Source: a virus
Lineage: Duplodnaviria; Caudoviricetes
IMG/VR virus record: IMGVR_UViG_3300002515_000003
Location: 64,001 to 128,000 of that record
DNA: 64,000 nucleotides
Reading direction: 5' to 3' (one strand)
Below, one piece after another: positions 22,001 to 32,401 of this stretch; position 1 is the first letter of the stretch; each line of letters opens with the position of its first letter. Below the pieces are notes generated by a model. The model saw nothing but the letters and a program-made list of their open reading frames with translations, had not been told where the DNA came from and did no database searches. Made by a program: the position numbers and the translations under genes.

Positions 22001-23131
22001 GTGAAAAAGAATCGAGTAATTATACCTTTAGTATTTTTAATAGTATTAGGCGTTTGTGGAATTGGATATGGTGTTATTCGAAATGACAACAATGTAAAAA
22101 AACTTACTGTTTCAGCTGAACAACAAACAATGAAGAATTCAGATGAGGATATAAGAATTTCAAATTTAAATTTTTATCAAAATCTTCACGAACAACGAGA
22201 TACAAGTGCTTTGGTAATAGGTGATAGTATAGGTGAAAGCACCGGAGCGTCAAACGCAAATAAACAATGGTTTAACCAAATAGCAAAAGATGTTAAGACC
22301 AAATATAATTCAAACATGACCACTGATTTAATGACGGGTGGAAGCAGTACATCAATACGTGGTTGGGTTGAATTGGGTAATACTAAAATTACACAAAAAT
22401 ATGATGTAGCATTTATATGTTTTGGACAAAATGACCAAGGAATTGTAACCCCTCAACAATTTAAAATGTTTTATGAGAGTATGATTATTAATTTAAAAAA
22501 GGCAAACCCAAATATAGAAATAATACCAATTATGGAAAGTTCATTAAAACAGTATAATGAGTATTCAAGTGTTATAGTAGGACTATCAAAGCATTATAAT
22601 CTTCAATATGCTGATACTATACAGGCATTCAATAACTCAGGTAAACTCTATTCTGATTTGACAAAAGATGGAACACATCCTAATGACAAAGGATATAGTT
22701 ATTATATATCAACAATTGAAAAGATTATTAGTGATAACTATAAAGCTAATAAGAAAACAAAAGTTACAGATAGTGTCTTATATTCTGATACTAATAAATT
22801 AAAGAATTTTACTTTTAATAATACGCCTAATTCAAGTAATGGATTTGATTTATCTAATGGAATAATTGGGAATAAAGTCGGGAATTCTGTAACTTTTAAT
22901 ACAACTAATAGTGTTGTTGTTATACATTTTATGCGTCAACCTAATGGAGGTAAATTTAAAGTATTTATTGATGATAAGTTTATAAAAGAAATAGATACTA
23001 ATTTAGCATTTTCAGTTAGTTATTCTGATTTAATATCTGACAATTTAGCAGGAAGTCACAAAATTAAAATTGAAATATCTACTATAAATAAAAGAGGTTC
23101 AGTAAACATACTAGGGCTTGCTACAAACTAA
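22001..23131 (+). CDS. Membrane-anchored/secreted SGNH hydrolase (moron-like)
   Basis: N-terminal hydrophobic segment; GDSIG, GQND and DGTHP; upstream TATAAT (21958) and RBS AAGGGGTGG. Confidence 0.82.
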   Translation: MKKNRVIIPLVFLIVLGVCGIGYGVIRNDNNVKKLTVSAEQQTMKNSDEDIRISNLNFYQNLHEQRDTSALVIGDSIGESTGASNANKQWFNQIAKDVKTKYNSNMTTDLMTGGSSTSIRGWVELGNTKITQKYDVAFICFGQNDQGIVTPQQFKMFYESMIINLKKANPNIEIIPIMESSLKQYNEYSSVIVGLSKHYNLQYADTIQAFNNSGKLYSDLTKDGTHPNDKGYSYYISTIEKIISDNYKANKKTKVTDSVLYSDTNKLKNFTFNNTPNSSNGFDLSNGIIGNKVGNSVTFNTTNSVVVIHFMRQPNGGKFKVFIDDKFIKEIDTNLAFSVSYSDLISDNLAGSHKIKIEISTINKRGSVNILGLATN

Positions 23132-23265
23132 TTAAAAGCAGAATAAGATAATAATCGGAACTAACTATAATATCCAAATATTAAGACACAACAATAATAT
23201 TTTAGTGTAGGTCTCTGTATATTTATGCATTTTATCTACCTATTTTAGATTAAAATTAATTAAAT

Positions 23266-23322
23266 ATTAAACATAATAATTAAGATTGGATAGTAATATT
23301 CAGTCTTTTTATTATGTTTAAT
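23266..23322 (+). terminator. Long hairpin/terminator
   Basis: ATTAAACATAATAA..AAGATTGGATA / TATTCAGTCTT..TTATTATGTTTAAT. Confidence 0.5.
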
Positions 23323-23435
23323 AATATTACAATATAAAATAATACGAATGATAAAAATATGAAAATAATGCAATAAAATATAAATGCAACTCGAAAATAT
23401 AACAATAATATAAAAAATAGGGAGGAATATTAATA

Positions 23436-24260
23436 ATGATAACAGTAATAATTAGCTTTATCGTAGCAAATAGTGAGATAATTATACCATTAGCAATTTT
23501 AATTTTTGGAGGTTTAGTAGCATTAATTTCTAAGAATAGACAAAAGGCTTTTACAAAACTTTATGGATTATGTGTAGAAGCAGAAAATTTAGGATTGTCT
23601 AATATTGAAAAGAATTCTTGGGTATTTAATAAAGCATATTCTATTTTACCTATATACATAAGAGCGTTTGTATCAGCAGATGCAATTAGGTATGCTATAG
23701 AATTCGCACTTAAAAATCTCAAGAAATTTAGTAAATTGAAAATGGGAGTAACTCCAGAATTAGTATTATTAGAACGGGAGAAAAACGTAGAAACTGTAAA
23801 TAAAGTAATAGACGTTATACAAGAATCCAAAGAACAAATTTCTGAAGTTATAGAAGACGTCAAAAATACAATTGACGTTATTTCAGAAACTCCTATTAAA
23901 GAAATTATAGGAAATATATCTACAGAAAAATTTCTTTCAGATATTAAAGATAATAAAAATGCAGGAGATATTATTGAAGATATTGTTGAACAATTACCTA
24001 CGAATTTAGGGAATGAGATTAAGGATATCTGTGAGAATGTTAATGAGAGTAAAGAAGTTATTGAAAATATCGTAGAAGTCGTTAAAGATATAAAAGAGAA
24101 TGAAGATTTAAACCCTATAATTGATAAGATTGAAATAGTAGCTAATCCAGTTTTAGAAAAATTAGAAGATGTTAAGGAAATTGTAGGAGATAAAATTGAT
24201 GAAGTTAAAGAAGTTGTTCAACCTGTTTTAACAAGTGTAGAAAGTGAAAGTTTAAAATAA
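23436..24260 (+). CDS. Putative holin with a long acidic repetitive C-terminal extension
   Basis: N-terminal TM segment, holin-like helical region, located upstream of endolysin. Confidence 0.55.
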   Translation: MITVIISFIVANSEIIIPLAILIFGGLVALISKNRQKAFTKLYGLCVEAENLGLSNIEKNSWVFNKAYSILPIYIRAFVSADAIRYAIEFALKNLKKFSKLKMGVTPELVLLEREKNVETVNKVIDVIQESKEQISEVIEDVKNTIDVISETPIKEIIGNISTEKFLSDIKDNKNAGDIIEDIVEQLPTNLGNEIKDICENVNESKEVIENIVEVVKDIKENEDLNPIIDKIEIVANPVLEKLEDVKEIVGDKIDEVKEVVQPVLTSVESESLK

Positions 24261-24268
24261 TATAAAAA

Positions 24269-24302
24269 ATAGTAGGACGATGTATTATTATCCTACTATT
24301 TA
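24269..24302 (+). terminator. Putative terminator
   Basis: AATAGTAGGA / TCCTACTATT stem followed by T. Confidence 0.5.
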
Positions 24303-24487
24303 ATGAAGTGGGAAATGGAAATTACTTTCCAAGATTAATTATATCATAAAATATGTAATTTGTAAAATATAGGGAAACGAATAAATAAAAATATAAATTA
24401 TATGCGATGTGAATAAATGGAATGGCTTAGATTAATTTCTAGGTCTTTTTTGTGTTAAAAATAAATATGGTTTAAGGAGAATTTATT

Positions 24488-24685
24488 ATGAAAGAATCAA
24501 CGAATGAAGTTTATCGGTGTTTTAGTGGAAAGCAGAAGAAACATCTCTTAGATAATGGAAATAATTATGTTCTCAGAGCAAAAGACTATTACAATAATAA
24601 TACATTTTGGTTATTTATGAAAACAGATAATTTAATAAAAGATTTAGAAAAATGGCGTGAAACTAATCCAAATATTAAGGGTTAG
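24488..24685 (+). CDS. Small phage protein (DUF5659-like)
   Basis: RBS AAGGAG; YRCFS...FWLFxKTDNL pattern. Confidence 0.55.
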   Translation: MKESTNEVYRCFSGKQKKHLLDNGNNYVLRAKDYYNNNTFWLFMKTDNLIKDLEKWRETNPNIKG

Positions 24686-24721
24686 TTTTTTATTATGTAT
24701 AGAATAAAGGAGGAATAAAAA

Positions 24722-25570
24722 ATGTATGACGAGATAATATTTAAAGAAGAAACAATTATAATTGGTGTGTATAAAATAATAAATAAATTGAATGGGAAGA
24801 TGTATATTGGAAGTAGTAAAGATATTCAAAGAAGATGGAAAGAACATATTGGGGACTTAAATAACAACAAGCATATCAATCCTCATTTTCAAAATTCATG
24901 GAGTAAATATGGCGAATATAATTTTAAATTTGAGGTAATTGAGGAAACAAAAGAAGATTCTTTATTAGATAGAGAACAATATTGGATGGATTTTACACAA
25001 TGTTTTGTTCGTACAATTGGGTATAATATCGCAGTTAAGGCTGACTCTCCAATGAGGGGAAGAAAACTAACTTCAAAACAAATTGATGAACTATCTAAAA
25101 GAAGTATTAAAATGTGGGAAAGCGATGAATTTAGAAAATCACACTCTGATAAAATGAAATTGGTATTTACTGACCCAATTAAAAAAGAACAATATTTAAT
25201 TCCTTTGCGAAAATGGGCAAAATTAGATTCATCAAAGTTAATAATGTCAAATAGGTTTAAGCAATTATGGAAGGATGAAGAATATAGGAATAAAATTACA
25301 GAATCAGTAAAAAATATGTGGAGTGATGAACAATTTAAAGATATGATGAGTAAAAAAAGAACTGGTGAAAAGAATCCTAGGGCTATATTTACTAATTTAC
25401 AAATAGAAGATATAAAAGTAAAGTTAGTTGAGGGATGTTCTACTACAGAATTAGGTAAAATGTATGGAACTACAAGTGCACATATAAGAAATATAAGATG
25501 TTTAAAAATATGGAGTAAAATAAGAGAAGATTTAAATGAAGAATTGTTGAAATTAATACATAAAAAATAA
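24722..25570 (+). CDS. Free-standing GIY-YIG endonuclease with NUMOD3-like repeats
   Basis: GVYKIINKLNGKMYIGSS...RWKEH...REQYW...GYN; GEKNP motif. Confidence 0.88.
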   Translation: MYDEIIFKEETIIIGVYKIINKLNGKMYIGSSKDIQRRWKEHIGDLNNNKHINPHFQNSWSKYGEYNFKFEVIEETKEDSLLDREQYWMDFTQCFVRTIGYNIAVKADSPMRGRKLTSKQIDELSKRSIKMWESDEFRKSHSDKMKLVFTDPIKKEQYLIPLRKWAKLDSSKLIMSNRFKQLWKDEEYRNKITESVKNMWSDEQFKDMMSKKRTGEKNPRAIFTNLQIEDIKVKLVEGCSTTELGKMYGTTSAHIRNIRCLKIWSKIREDLNEELLKLIHKK

Positions 25571-25607
25571 TATAAAATAATATAAATTATACAAGGAGGA
25601 ATTATTA

Positions 25608-26645
25608 ATGAGTAAAATAATTAGTTACGATTTTGGACATATGGAAGGTGGAGAAGATGGTTCTGCTAATGGATATTTATATGAATATAAGGTAGTAAGA
25701 GATTATGGGAAGGTTTGCGTTGATAAATTAACAAATGCAGGATACCACTTAGTTAATTGTACCCCTGCAAATGGAAATATATCATTAAGTGCTTCATTAT
25801 CTTATAGAACCAATCACGCAAATGCTAGTGGAAGTATATTACATCTATGTTTCCATGCGAATGCATTTAAAACTACTAGTGGAGCAATGGGGGCTGAGAT
25901 TGAAGTCGCATCTGATATGGGAGCAAAATATGGACAATCAGTGTTGAATGAAATATGTAAGTTGGGTTTCAAATCAAGAGGAGTAAAAAGACCATCACTT
26001 TACATTACAGGTCACACAAATATGACCGCAATTCTCATAGAACCGTATTTTATTGATAGCAAGGCGGATTGTGCTTTATATAACCCTACGACTTTAGGAA
26101 CATCTATCGCAAATGGAGTAATTAAAATATTAGGTGGAACAACTACAACAGTAACCACTTCTACTCAATCTACTCCAACGGAAACATACACAGTTCGTTT
26201 ATCTTATAACAACAAAAAATCTCAACTTATATCTACATCAGACTTATATAAAGCAAAAGACGTAGCGAATTTGCACGGTGGCTATTCAGTTTATAATTCA
26301 AAAGGTCAAAATGTTTATATGTTAAAAGGTTCTACTCCACCTGAAACTTATAGAATTCGCTTGTCTTTCAGCGATGAAAAATCACAAATCGGTGAGGTTT
26401 ATACAGATTATTATCAAGCTAAAGATTTTGCAAATTTGCATCAGGGATACTCAGTTTATAATTCATTAGGTAAAAATTTATATACTTTAGCTGTTAAAAA
26501 ACCTGTTAAAAAAGTTACTCCTGTTAAAGAAGATAATACAACTTATAGGATTGTGGCAGGGAGTTACGTTAATGAATCGAATGCTGATGAGCAGATTGAA
26601 AAGCTCGCAAAATTAGGAATTGATGCTTTTAAAATTGTTAAATAA
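25608..26645 (+). CDS. Endolysin: N-acetylmuramoyl-L-alanine amidase (Amidase_3), two internal repeats and a SPOR-like domain
   Basis: DFGH...E...HANA...ILIE zinc ligands; repeated ANLHxGYSVYNSxG; YRIVAGSY...NA. Confidence 0.9.
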   Translation: MSKIISYDFGHMEGGEDGSANGYLYEYKVVRDYGKVCVDKLTNAGYHLVNCTPANGNISLSASLSYRTNHANASGSILHLCFHANAFKTTSGAMGAEIEVASDMGAKYGQSVLNEICKLGFKSRGVKRPSLYITGHTNMTAILIEPYFIDSKADCALYNPTTLGTSIANGVIKILGGTTTTVTTSTQSTPTETYTVRLSYNNKKSQLISTSDLYKAKDVANLHGGYSVYNSKGQNVYMLKGSTPPETYRIRLSFSDEKSQIGEVYTDYYQAKDFANLHQGYSVYNSLGKNLYTLAVKKPVKKVTPVKEDNTTYRIVAGSYVNESNADEQIEKLAKLGIDAFKIVK

Positions 26646-26962
26646 AAATTAATTTATTACTAAAATAATATAAAATATATCCATTAAATTATCACTACAT
26701 ATAGTAAAACTATCCTTCTTATATGTCCTTTAAATGAATAAGGCTTATAGCAGTAATGTAATTACATGTGTGATTATAAAATTTGATTGTAGGACGTATG
26801 AGGTAGGTTTAAATTGATTAGATTATTTTTAGTGATTTTAAAGTAGAATCATCATTAATTTAGTGTAGGATTTATGAGTTCTCCTTTAAAATCACTAATA
26901 AATCCTACACTTTTATATATTTATCAAACTTATAGGATAAAATCTGCTTAAATTTAACTATA

Positions 26963-26990
26963 ATGCGACAGAATGGTGCTTCTGTAACTT
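26963..26990. other. dif-like candidate recombination site next to the Xer-family recombinase
   Basis: ATGCGACAGAA-TGGTGC-TTCTGTAACTT: 11-6-11 imperfect inverted repeat. Confidence 0.5.
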
Positions 26991-27056
26991 TTTTAAAACA
27001 ATCTGTGTTATACTTATATCAGTACTTGAACGCATATTAAAAATAAAATACTTAGG

Positions 27057-27884
27057 GTGATAATTATGGATTATAAACTATCTAACTTTAGTAAACATCT
27101 ATTAAAAAATAAAAGAGATATCAAAACCATAGAAGTATATATAAGAGACATAAAACATTTTTTAGATTATTATAAAGACAAGAATTTAGAAGATATCGAT
27201 ACTGATGATATTGATGACTATAAAATATTTGTTATTAGAGAATTAAAGTTAAATATTAAAACACTTAATAAAAAATTAGTTGCTATTAATCAATATTTAA
27301 AATTTAATGGAGTTGCTGTAGATATTAAACAAGAAAAAGTACAAAGTCAAAATTTTTTAGATGATATATTCTCCTCTTCTGATTTAGAAAGAATACTAAG
27401 AGCTATTGATAAGAAAAATGATTTAAGAGCTAAAGCAATATTTATGACACTTAGATTAACAGGAATGAGAGTTAGTGAAATGTTGCAATTGACTAAATAT
27501 GATATTGATAAAAATTCTATTACAATTTGTGGGAAAGGTAAAAAATATAGAGATATATTTGTATCAGAAAAGTTAAAAGTAGTATGGCAAGAGTATATAA
27601 ATGTTAGGAATGATAATGTGGATATGCTTTTTAGTGGTCAAAAAGGTGCTATAACAAGGCAAACTGTTGATAGAATTATTAAATACTATACAGGTCAAGC
27701 GAGAGTTAAGAAATCTAAGGGACATGCTCATAATTTTAGACATAAATTTTGTAAAGACTTAGTAGAAAAAGAAATCCCTTTAGATGCAATCGCTGACATC
27801 GTTGGACACGTAAATATTAACACCACTCGTATTTATACTCGTAAGACTAAGAAAGAATTATTAGATATTATAAATAGTATTTAA
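27057..27884 (+). CDS. Tyrosine recombinase, XerC/D-like (start may be ATG 27066)
   Basis: TGMRVSE, GKGKKYR, HNFRH, VGHVNINTTRIY catalytic residues. Confidence 0.92.
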   Translation: MIIMDYKLSNFSKHLLKNKRDIKTIEVYIRDIKHFLDYYKDKNLEDIDTDDIDDYKIFVIRELKLNIKTLNKKLVAINQYLKFNGVAVDIKQEKVQSQNFLDDIFSSSDLERILRAIDKKNDLRAKAIFMTLRLTGMRVSEMLQLTKYDIDKNSITICGKGKKYRDIFVSEKLKVVWQEYINVRNDNVDMLFSGQKGAITRQTVDRIIKYYTGQARVKKSKGHAHNFRHKFCKDLVEKEIPLDAIADIVGHVNINTTRIYTRKTKKELLDIINSI

Positions 27885-27907
27885 GTAAGAAAATTAAATA
27901 TATTTAC

Positions 27908-27939
27908 ATTAAGACTAGGTAAAAATACCTAGTCTTAAT
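27908..27939 (+). terminator. Perfect hairpin after the recombinase
   Basis: ATTAAGACTAGGTA-AAAA-TACCTAGTCTTAAT. Confidence 0.55.
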
Positions 27940-27999
27940 TACGTTAAAAAATAAATTAAAACAATATAAAATTTATAAAAAGAAAGGAATGATTCAGAT

Positions 28000-28290
28000 A
28001 TGGGAAGACAAGGTTCAGGATATTTTGGTACAACAGACACATTAATTTCTACTGCAAATCAAGAAATAATTCAACAAAATAAACCCTCTAATTATCCACC
28101 AATAACGATGGTTACATACAAATTTAGTTTTATGAATCTCCAAGATTGTCATGTTATTATAAACAATTCAGCTAGTCAGATATTCTTAAAAGCTAATATG
28201 GGATTTGAAATAGATTTATTCGATGCATTAATATATTCATTTGTAATTGTAGAAACAGGTATAAATTATTACTATGTCGGTGGATATTAA
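28000..28290 (+). CDS. Hypothetical phage protein
   Basis: RBS AAAGGA; coupled to the next gene. Confidence 0.65.
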   Translation: MGRQGSGYFGTTDTLISTANQEIIQQNKPSNYPPITMVTYKFSFMNLQDCHVIINNSASQIFLKANMGFEIDLFDALIYSFVIVETGINYYYVGGY

Positions 28291-28303
28291 GGAGATGATA
28301 TAA

Positions 28304-29338
28304 ATGGGATTTTTTAATAATAAAGGTAGTATATCAGTAGCAGATAAAGCTAAATTAGATAGTCTTTCTACTCCAATAAAAAATAATCTTATAGCCACTG
28401 AACATCCTACTGCAACTAATGATTCTGGAAGTGGTTATTCTGCTGGAAGTACATGGATTTATGGTGGTATTACTTATACTTGTACAGACGCCACAGTAGG
28501 TAATGCTACGTGGGCAAGTTCAGCAGATATATTTTATTTTGATTCATGGTCTACACTTATAGCATCTATAAGCGTAGTGGGTTCAACGTATACAAATAAA
28601 TACGCAGTTGTATCTAACGCCAACGGAGGAAATAATAGTGGAACTACTTATTCAGCTTCTAGTGGTGCAGCAGTTAATCCCATAGTTGATGGAAACTCTG
28701 CTACTTATAAAATTAACACTCAAGGAACTAATTATAGTGTAACCTGCCAAGTTAGAACAGTTACTAATCCTGTTGTAACTTCTGTTATGCTTACTGCAAC
28801 TACAAAGCCAGTAACAGGAGGATATTATATATTTTCTGTTGTTCCTACAAATGGACTTCCATCAGGAATAGGTCTGAATGATATAGCTTATTTCGATGGT
28901 ACGAATTGGTCTTTATATCAAAAGTATTCTTCTGCTATAGCAGTATTAGTAGCTGGGACTACTACAAATACACAAGTTACATGGAGGAAATTTAATGGAA
29001 CGTGGATGTCAACTGCTGATGAATATGTACCAGATGGAAACGAATATCAGACTGGAAAGTTATGGAGTGGCAAACCTGTATATAGAAAATGTAAAAGTGG
29101 CACAATGACAGGAACTTCTGGTACAAATACAAACGCAGGATTTTCAGTACCAGTCACAGGTAAAATAATAAGTATAGCAGGTGTTTGTAATAGAACAGAT
29201 AATGCAACTATAACTATAACTGGGAATGGAGAAGCACAAATCTTAGTTGGTCTTAGTGGCACAGTTGTTACATGGACTAGTTCTGTCTTATATTTAAGTA
29301 GACCATTTACAGCGTGGGTAGAATACACTAAGTCATAA
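28304..29338 (+). CDS. Putative virion fibre/decoration protein
   Basis: PTATNDSGSGYSAGSTW motif; TGKLWSGKPVYRK...WVEYTK fibre-type C-terminus. Confidence 0.65.
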   Translation: MGFFNNKGSISVADKAKLDSLSTPIKNNLIATEHPTATNDSGSGYSAGSTWIYGGITYTCTDATVGNATWASSADIFYFDSWSTLIASISVVGSTYTNKYAVVSNANGGNNSGTTYSASSGAAVNPIVDGNSATYKINTQGTNYSVTCQVRTVTNPVVTSVMLTATTKPVTGGYYIFSVVPTNGLPSGIGLNDIAYFDGTNWSLYQKYSSAIAVLVAGTTTNTQVTWRKFNGTWMSTADEYVPDGNEYQTGKLWSGKPVYRKCKSGTMTGTSGTNTNAGFSVPVTGKIISIAGVCNRTDNATITITGNGEAQILVGLSGTVVTWTSSVLYLSRPFTAWVEYTKS

Positions 29339-29687
29339 TAAAATATGAATTTTAAATAGGAACATTAAGATTAAAATAATATAAATACATAAGGTCAAAT
29401 AAAAAGTAAATATATTAATAAAATTAGACTTAATATTTCTATTCGGTCATTTGTTATGTTAAAAAAATAATACAATATACAAAAAAATAATATAAACTAA
29501 CTCAAAATTGGAATATAAAGTTAAGACACAATAATAATATAACAATTATTAAAACAAGACAAAAATATTATTATCCCTCTTTTTATTATATTCCACAAAC
29601 TAATGAAATGTAAAATTACAAATGAAAATAATGCAAGATAATATAAATATAAAAAATAATATAAAACGAAAAGGAGTGAATTTTATT

Positions 29688-30020
29688 ATGGCAATACAAG
29701 ATAGTAAATTAATTCAAAACGCACAAACAAAGGTAAGTACAGGTGATTACATAAATGTTGCAAGAGTAGATACATTGATAGTACATATTTTTGGGGATTC
29801 TACAAATTTCAAAGTCGTATTTCAAGGTTCGTTAAATACTACTGATTATTTTGATATATGTGGAACGAGATTAGCAGATTCAACAATGAATTTAATAAAA
29901 GAGAGTTCAGTGCTAAATGAAGGATGGGAATTTGACGTATCAGGATTAGCAACTTTTAGAGCTAACTTGGTAAGCATAGATAGAGGTTCTATTTCTGTTA
30001 TGGCTAATAGCTCGATGTAA
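29688..30020 (+). CDS. Hypothetical phage protein (likely start ATG 29688)
   Basis: RBS AAAGGAG precedes MAIQDSK; beta-rich. Confidence 0.6.
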   Translation: MAIQDSKLIQNAQTKVSTGDYINVARVDTLIVHIFGDSTNFKVVFQGSLNTTDYFDICGTRLADSTMNLIKESSVLNEGWEFDVSGLATFRANLVSIDRGSISVMANSSM

Positions 30021-30049
30021 AAATAATTAGAGAAAGGAGGTAATATAAA

Positions 30050-32308
30050 ATGAAATATAAAGATAAAATAGCACGTGCATTAGCTTTTAAAAATAGTGAA
30101 GATATAAAAAACGTATCTCAAGGAGCAGTTCCAAATGATTCTGTTACAGATGAAAAATTAAGTAGTACAGGAATAAAAGCTACTGTAGCACAAAATGTAA
30201 TAGATATAGCTGAAAAATCAACAGTAGAAAATTCTATAACAAATGGTAAAATTAAGGTAAATAACGTAGATATATCTGTATATGACGATACAACAATAGT
30301 TTCAACCTTGGCAAATAATACGCAACAATTAAACAAAATTACCGACGAAACAACATTAGCTAATTTTGGGAAGAATGTAGATGTTATAACTGTAATTGAT
30401 GACAATAATGTTAATATTAATTATAACGGTACATGGAGCGCATCGATTGATCCTTTGTTTTATAACGGTGGATATCATTCGTCAAATATTAAAGATAATG
30501 CTATTGAATTTACTTTTATAGGGACAGGAATTAACATTTATGATAGTAGAAATACATCAAGAGGTATTATACAAGTGTTTATTGATGGTGTCAGTAAAGG
30601 CACATTTGACAGATACTCAACAGCTTTAGACCATGCTCAAAAGTTTTATACTATTAAAGGATTAGTTGAAGGTACTCATACATTGAGAATTGTTATAACA
30701 GGGACTAAGAATACAAATGCAACAGATTGTAAATTTTTGTTTGACTATATTGAAGTAATATCTACAAATACAAATTCACTATGTTCCAAGATTATATCTA
30801 AAATAGGTCTACCCTCAACTTTAATAGTTGCTGGTGTAAATTCTACGTATAACGATAAAATTAGAGCAGATTACGTGTGTGATGGAATAAATGACGAAGT
30901 AGAAATCCAACAAGCAATAGATTATTTTAGCATGGTAAGTGGTAAAGTGATATTATGCAATGGTGATTATTATATTGATAGTTTATATGATACTGGTACT
31001 GTTTTTGCAGGAAAGTTCGGAATAGCTATCAAAAATGTAACTGCGCAAAGAGAAATAATTATTGAGGGATCTAATGCACCTCTAAGGAAAATGGATGGTG
31101 TAACACAAAATTTAACGGTAGGTGCTATACTTCACCTTAACCTTACAGTATATAATGCTTTAACTACTACTGAATTAGTAACTATTATCGGAGTTTTGCC
31201 CTACGATTTAAACGTAGGAGGCAGAGCGTATCCTGCGATAAGTTTAATTGTAAAAAATATAGGAATTGTTATTCCAGATAATAAAAAAAGTACAATACTA
31301 TTAGATGCGTTTCATGCTAGTAAATTTAAGTGTGATAGTATAATTGGGTCTTTAGACCTACCACGAGATACTATAACGAGTCAATTTAATTTGGCTAATA
31401 TTAATTGTATTGGTATTCGAGGCGTAGATGGATGGAATTGGGGAGAAGGCTATAGAATAGATAATTGTTTCATGTTTGGAATGGGAATATGTTACAACTT
31501 ATCGGGTGAGCATTTAATTATGGCTGATTGTGGAGCAAGAGACTCCCTTTATGGATATACGTTTGGATTAATTGGTACACCAAGTTCAAATGTGCATACA
31601 ATGACTTTAATTAATTGTAGTATGGAAGGAACATTAAAAGGAATGCTATTTGGCGATAATTTGTCTGGGCAACAAATAACCATTATAGATTTTTGTATTG
31701 AAACGGGAGATTATAGAACATTTGCAACTGAACAAATAAAAGGAGCTTTTCGTGGTTCTATTACTTATACCATGTCAAATAATAATATAAATATAGACAG
31801 TATGTTATTTTGGACAGATGGGTGCGGTTCAACTTTTAAAACAGTTAATACTCATCAATTATTGCAAGGGACTACTGCACAAAGACCAATTGCTCCTAAT
31901 TTATATCAAAAATATATTGATACTAGTTTGGGAAAAGAAATACAGATAAAAGCATTGGCAAATAGAGAAATAGATACATTAACAGTAACGTCGGGAGCAA
32001 CAGTATCAGGAGATATTACTATAACACTTAATGGTAGTGGTAATGCTTTTGTAGTTGCAGTTTTAGCAGGAGATACAATTCAAATGGTTGGAGATAAAAT
32101 TAGAGCAAGAGCTAATACTGGAATAACAATAACAAATGTTGGATGGACAATATCAGGTACAGGGGGAACAATTATATTTTCCTCAACTATTTTAGGAGTA
32201 AATATAGCTCCAACAGTTGCAAATGGGGTAACAGGAGTAACATCGGCTTTTGCAGTAACACCAAACACTAATAATGTTTGGATGGATGCAATGGGTACAA
32301 TAGTTTAA
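30050..32308 (+). CDS. Second fibre/tailspike-like protein with a CBM-like domain and a beta-helix region
   Basis: Shares FTFxG..I..FIDGxSKGxxDRYST domain with the 16329 protein; ADYVCDGINDEVEIQQAI; GTTAQRP motif. Confidence 0.75.
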   Translation: MKYKDKIARALAFKNSEDIKNVSQGAVPNDSVTDEKLSSTGIKATVAQNVIDIAEKSTVENSITNGKIKVNNVDISVYDDTTIVSTLANNTQQLNKITDETTLANFGKNVDVITVIDDNNVNINYNGTWSASIDPLFYNGGYHSSNIKDNAIEFTFIGTGINIYDSRNTSRGIIQVFIDGVSKGTFDRYSTALDHAQKFYTIKGLVEGTHTLRIVITGTKNTNATDCKFLFDYIEVISTNTNSLCSKIISKIGLPSTLIVAGVNSTYNDKIRADYVCDGINDEVEIQQAIDYFSMVSGKVILCNGDYYIDSLYDTGTVFAGKFGIAIKNVTAQREIIIEGSNAPLRKMDGVTQNLTVGAILHLNLTVYNALTTTELVTIIGVLPYDLNVGGRAYPAISLIVKNIGIVIPDNKKSTILLDAFHASKFKCDSIIGSLDLPRDTITSQFNLANINCIGIRGVDGWNWGEGYRIDNCFMFGMGICYNLSGEHLIMADCGARDSLYGYTFGLIGTPSSNVHTMTLINCSMEGTLKGMLFGDNLSGQQITIIDFCIETGDYRTFATEQIKGAFRGSITYTMSNNNINIDSMLFWTDGCGSTFKTVNTHQLLQGTTAQRPIAPNLYQKYIDTSLGKEIQIKALANREIDTLTVTSGATVSGDITITLNGSGNAFVVAVLAGDTIQMVGDKIRARANTGITITNVGWTISGTGGTIIFSSTILGVNIAPTVANGVTGVTSAFAVTPNTNNVWMDAMGTIV

Positions 32309-32327
32309 AACAAGACAGTTTAAATAA

Positions 32328-32356
32328 TTGTAAATACCTCTATTTTATGGTAATAT
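32328..32356 (+). promoter_or_regulatory. SigA-type promoter of the acyltransferase moron
   Basis: TTGTAA-17 bp-TAATAT with extended -10 TG. Confidence 0.6.
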
Positions 32357-32401
32357 CTAAGGTGAAATTGTATTTTATTATAAATTAGGGGGAGATTTAC
32401 A

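Noticed and set aside
30421-30469. 11-nt complementarity between the sRNA 1 loop and TTATAACGGT sites in the fibre gene
   Set aside because: Too short for an AT-rich genome, and explained by two YNG codon runs
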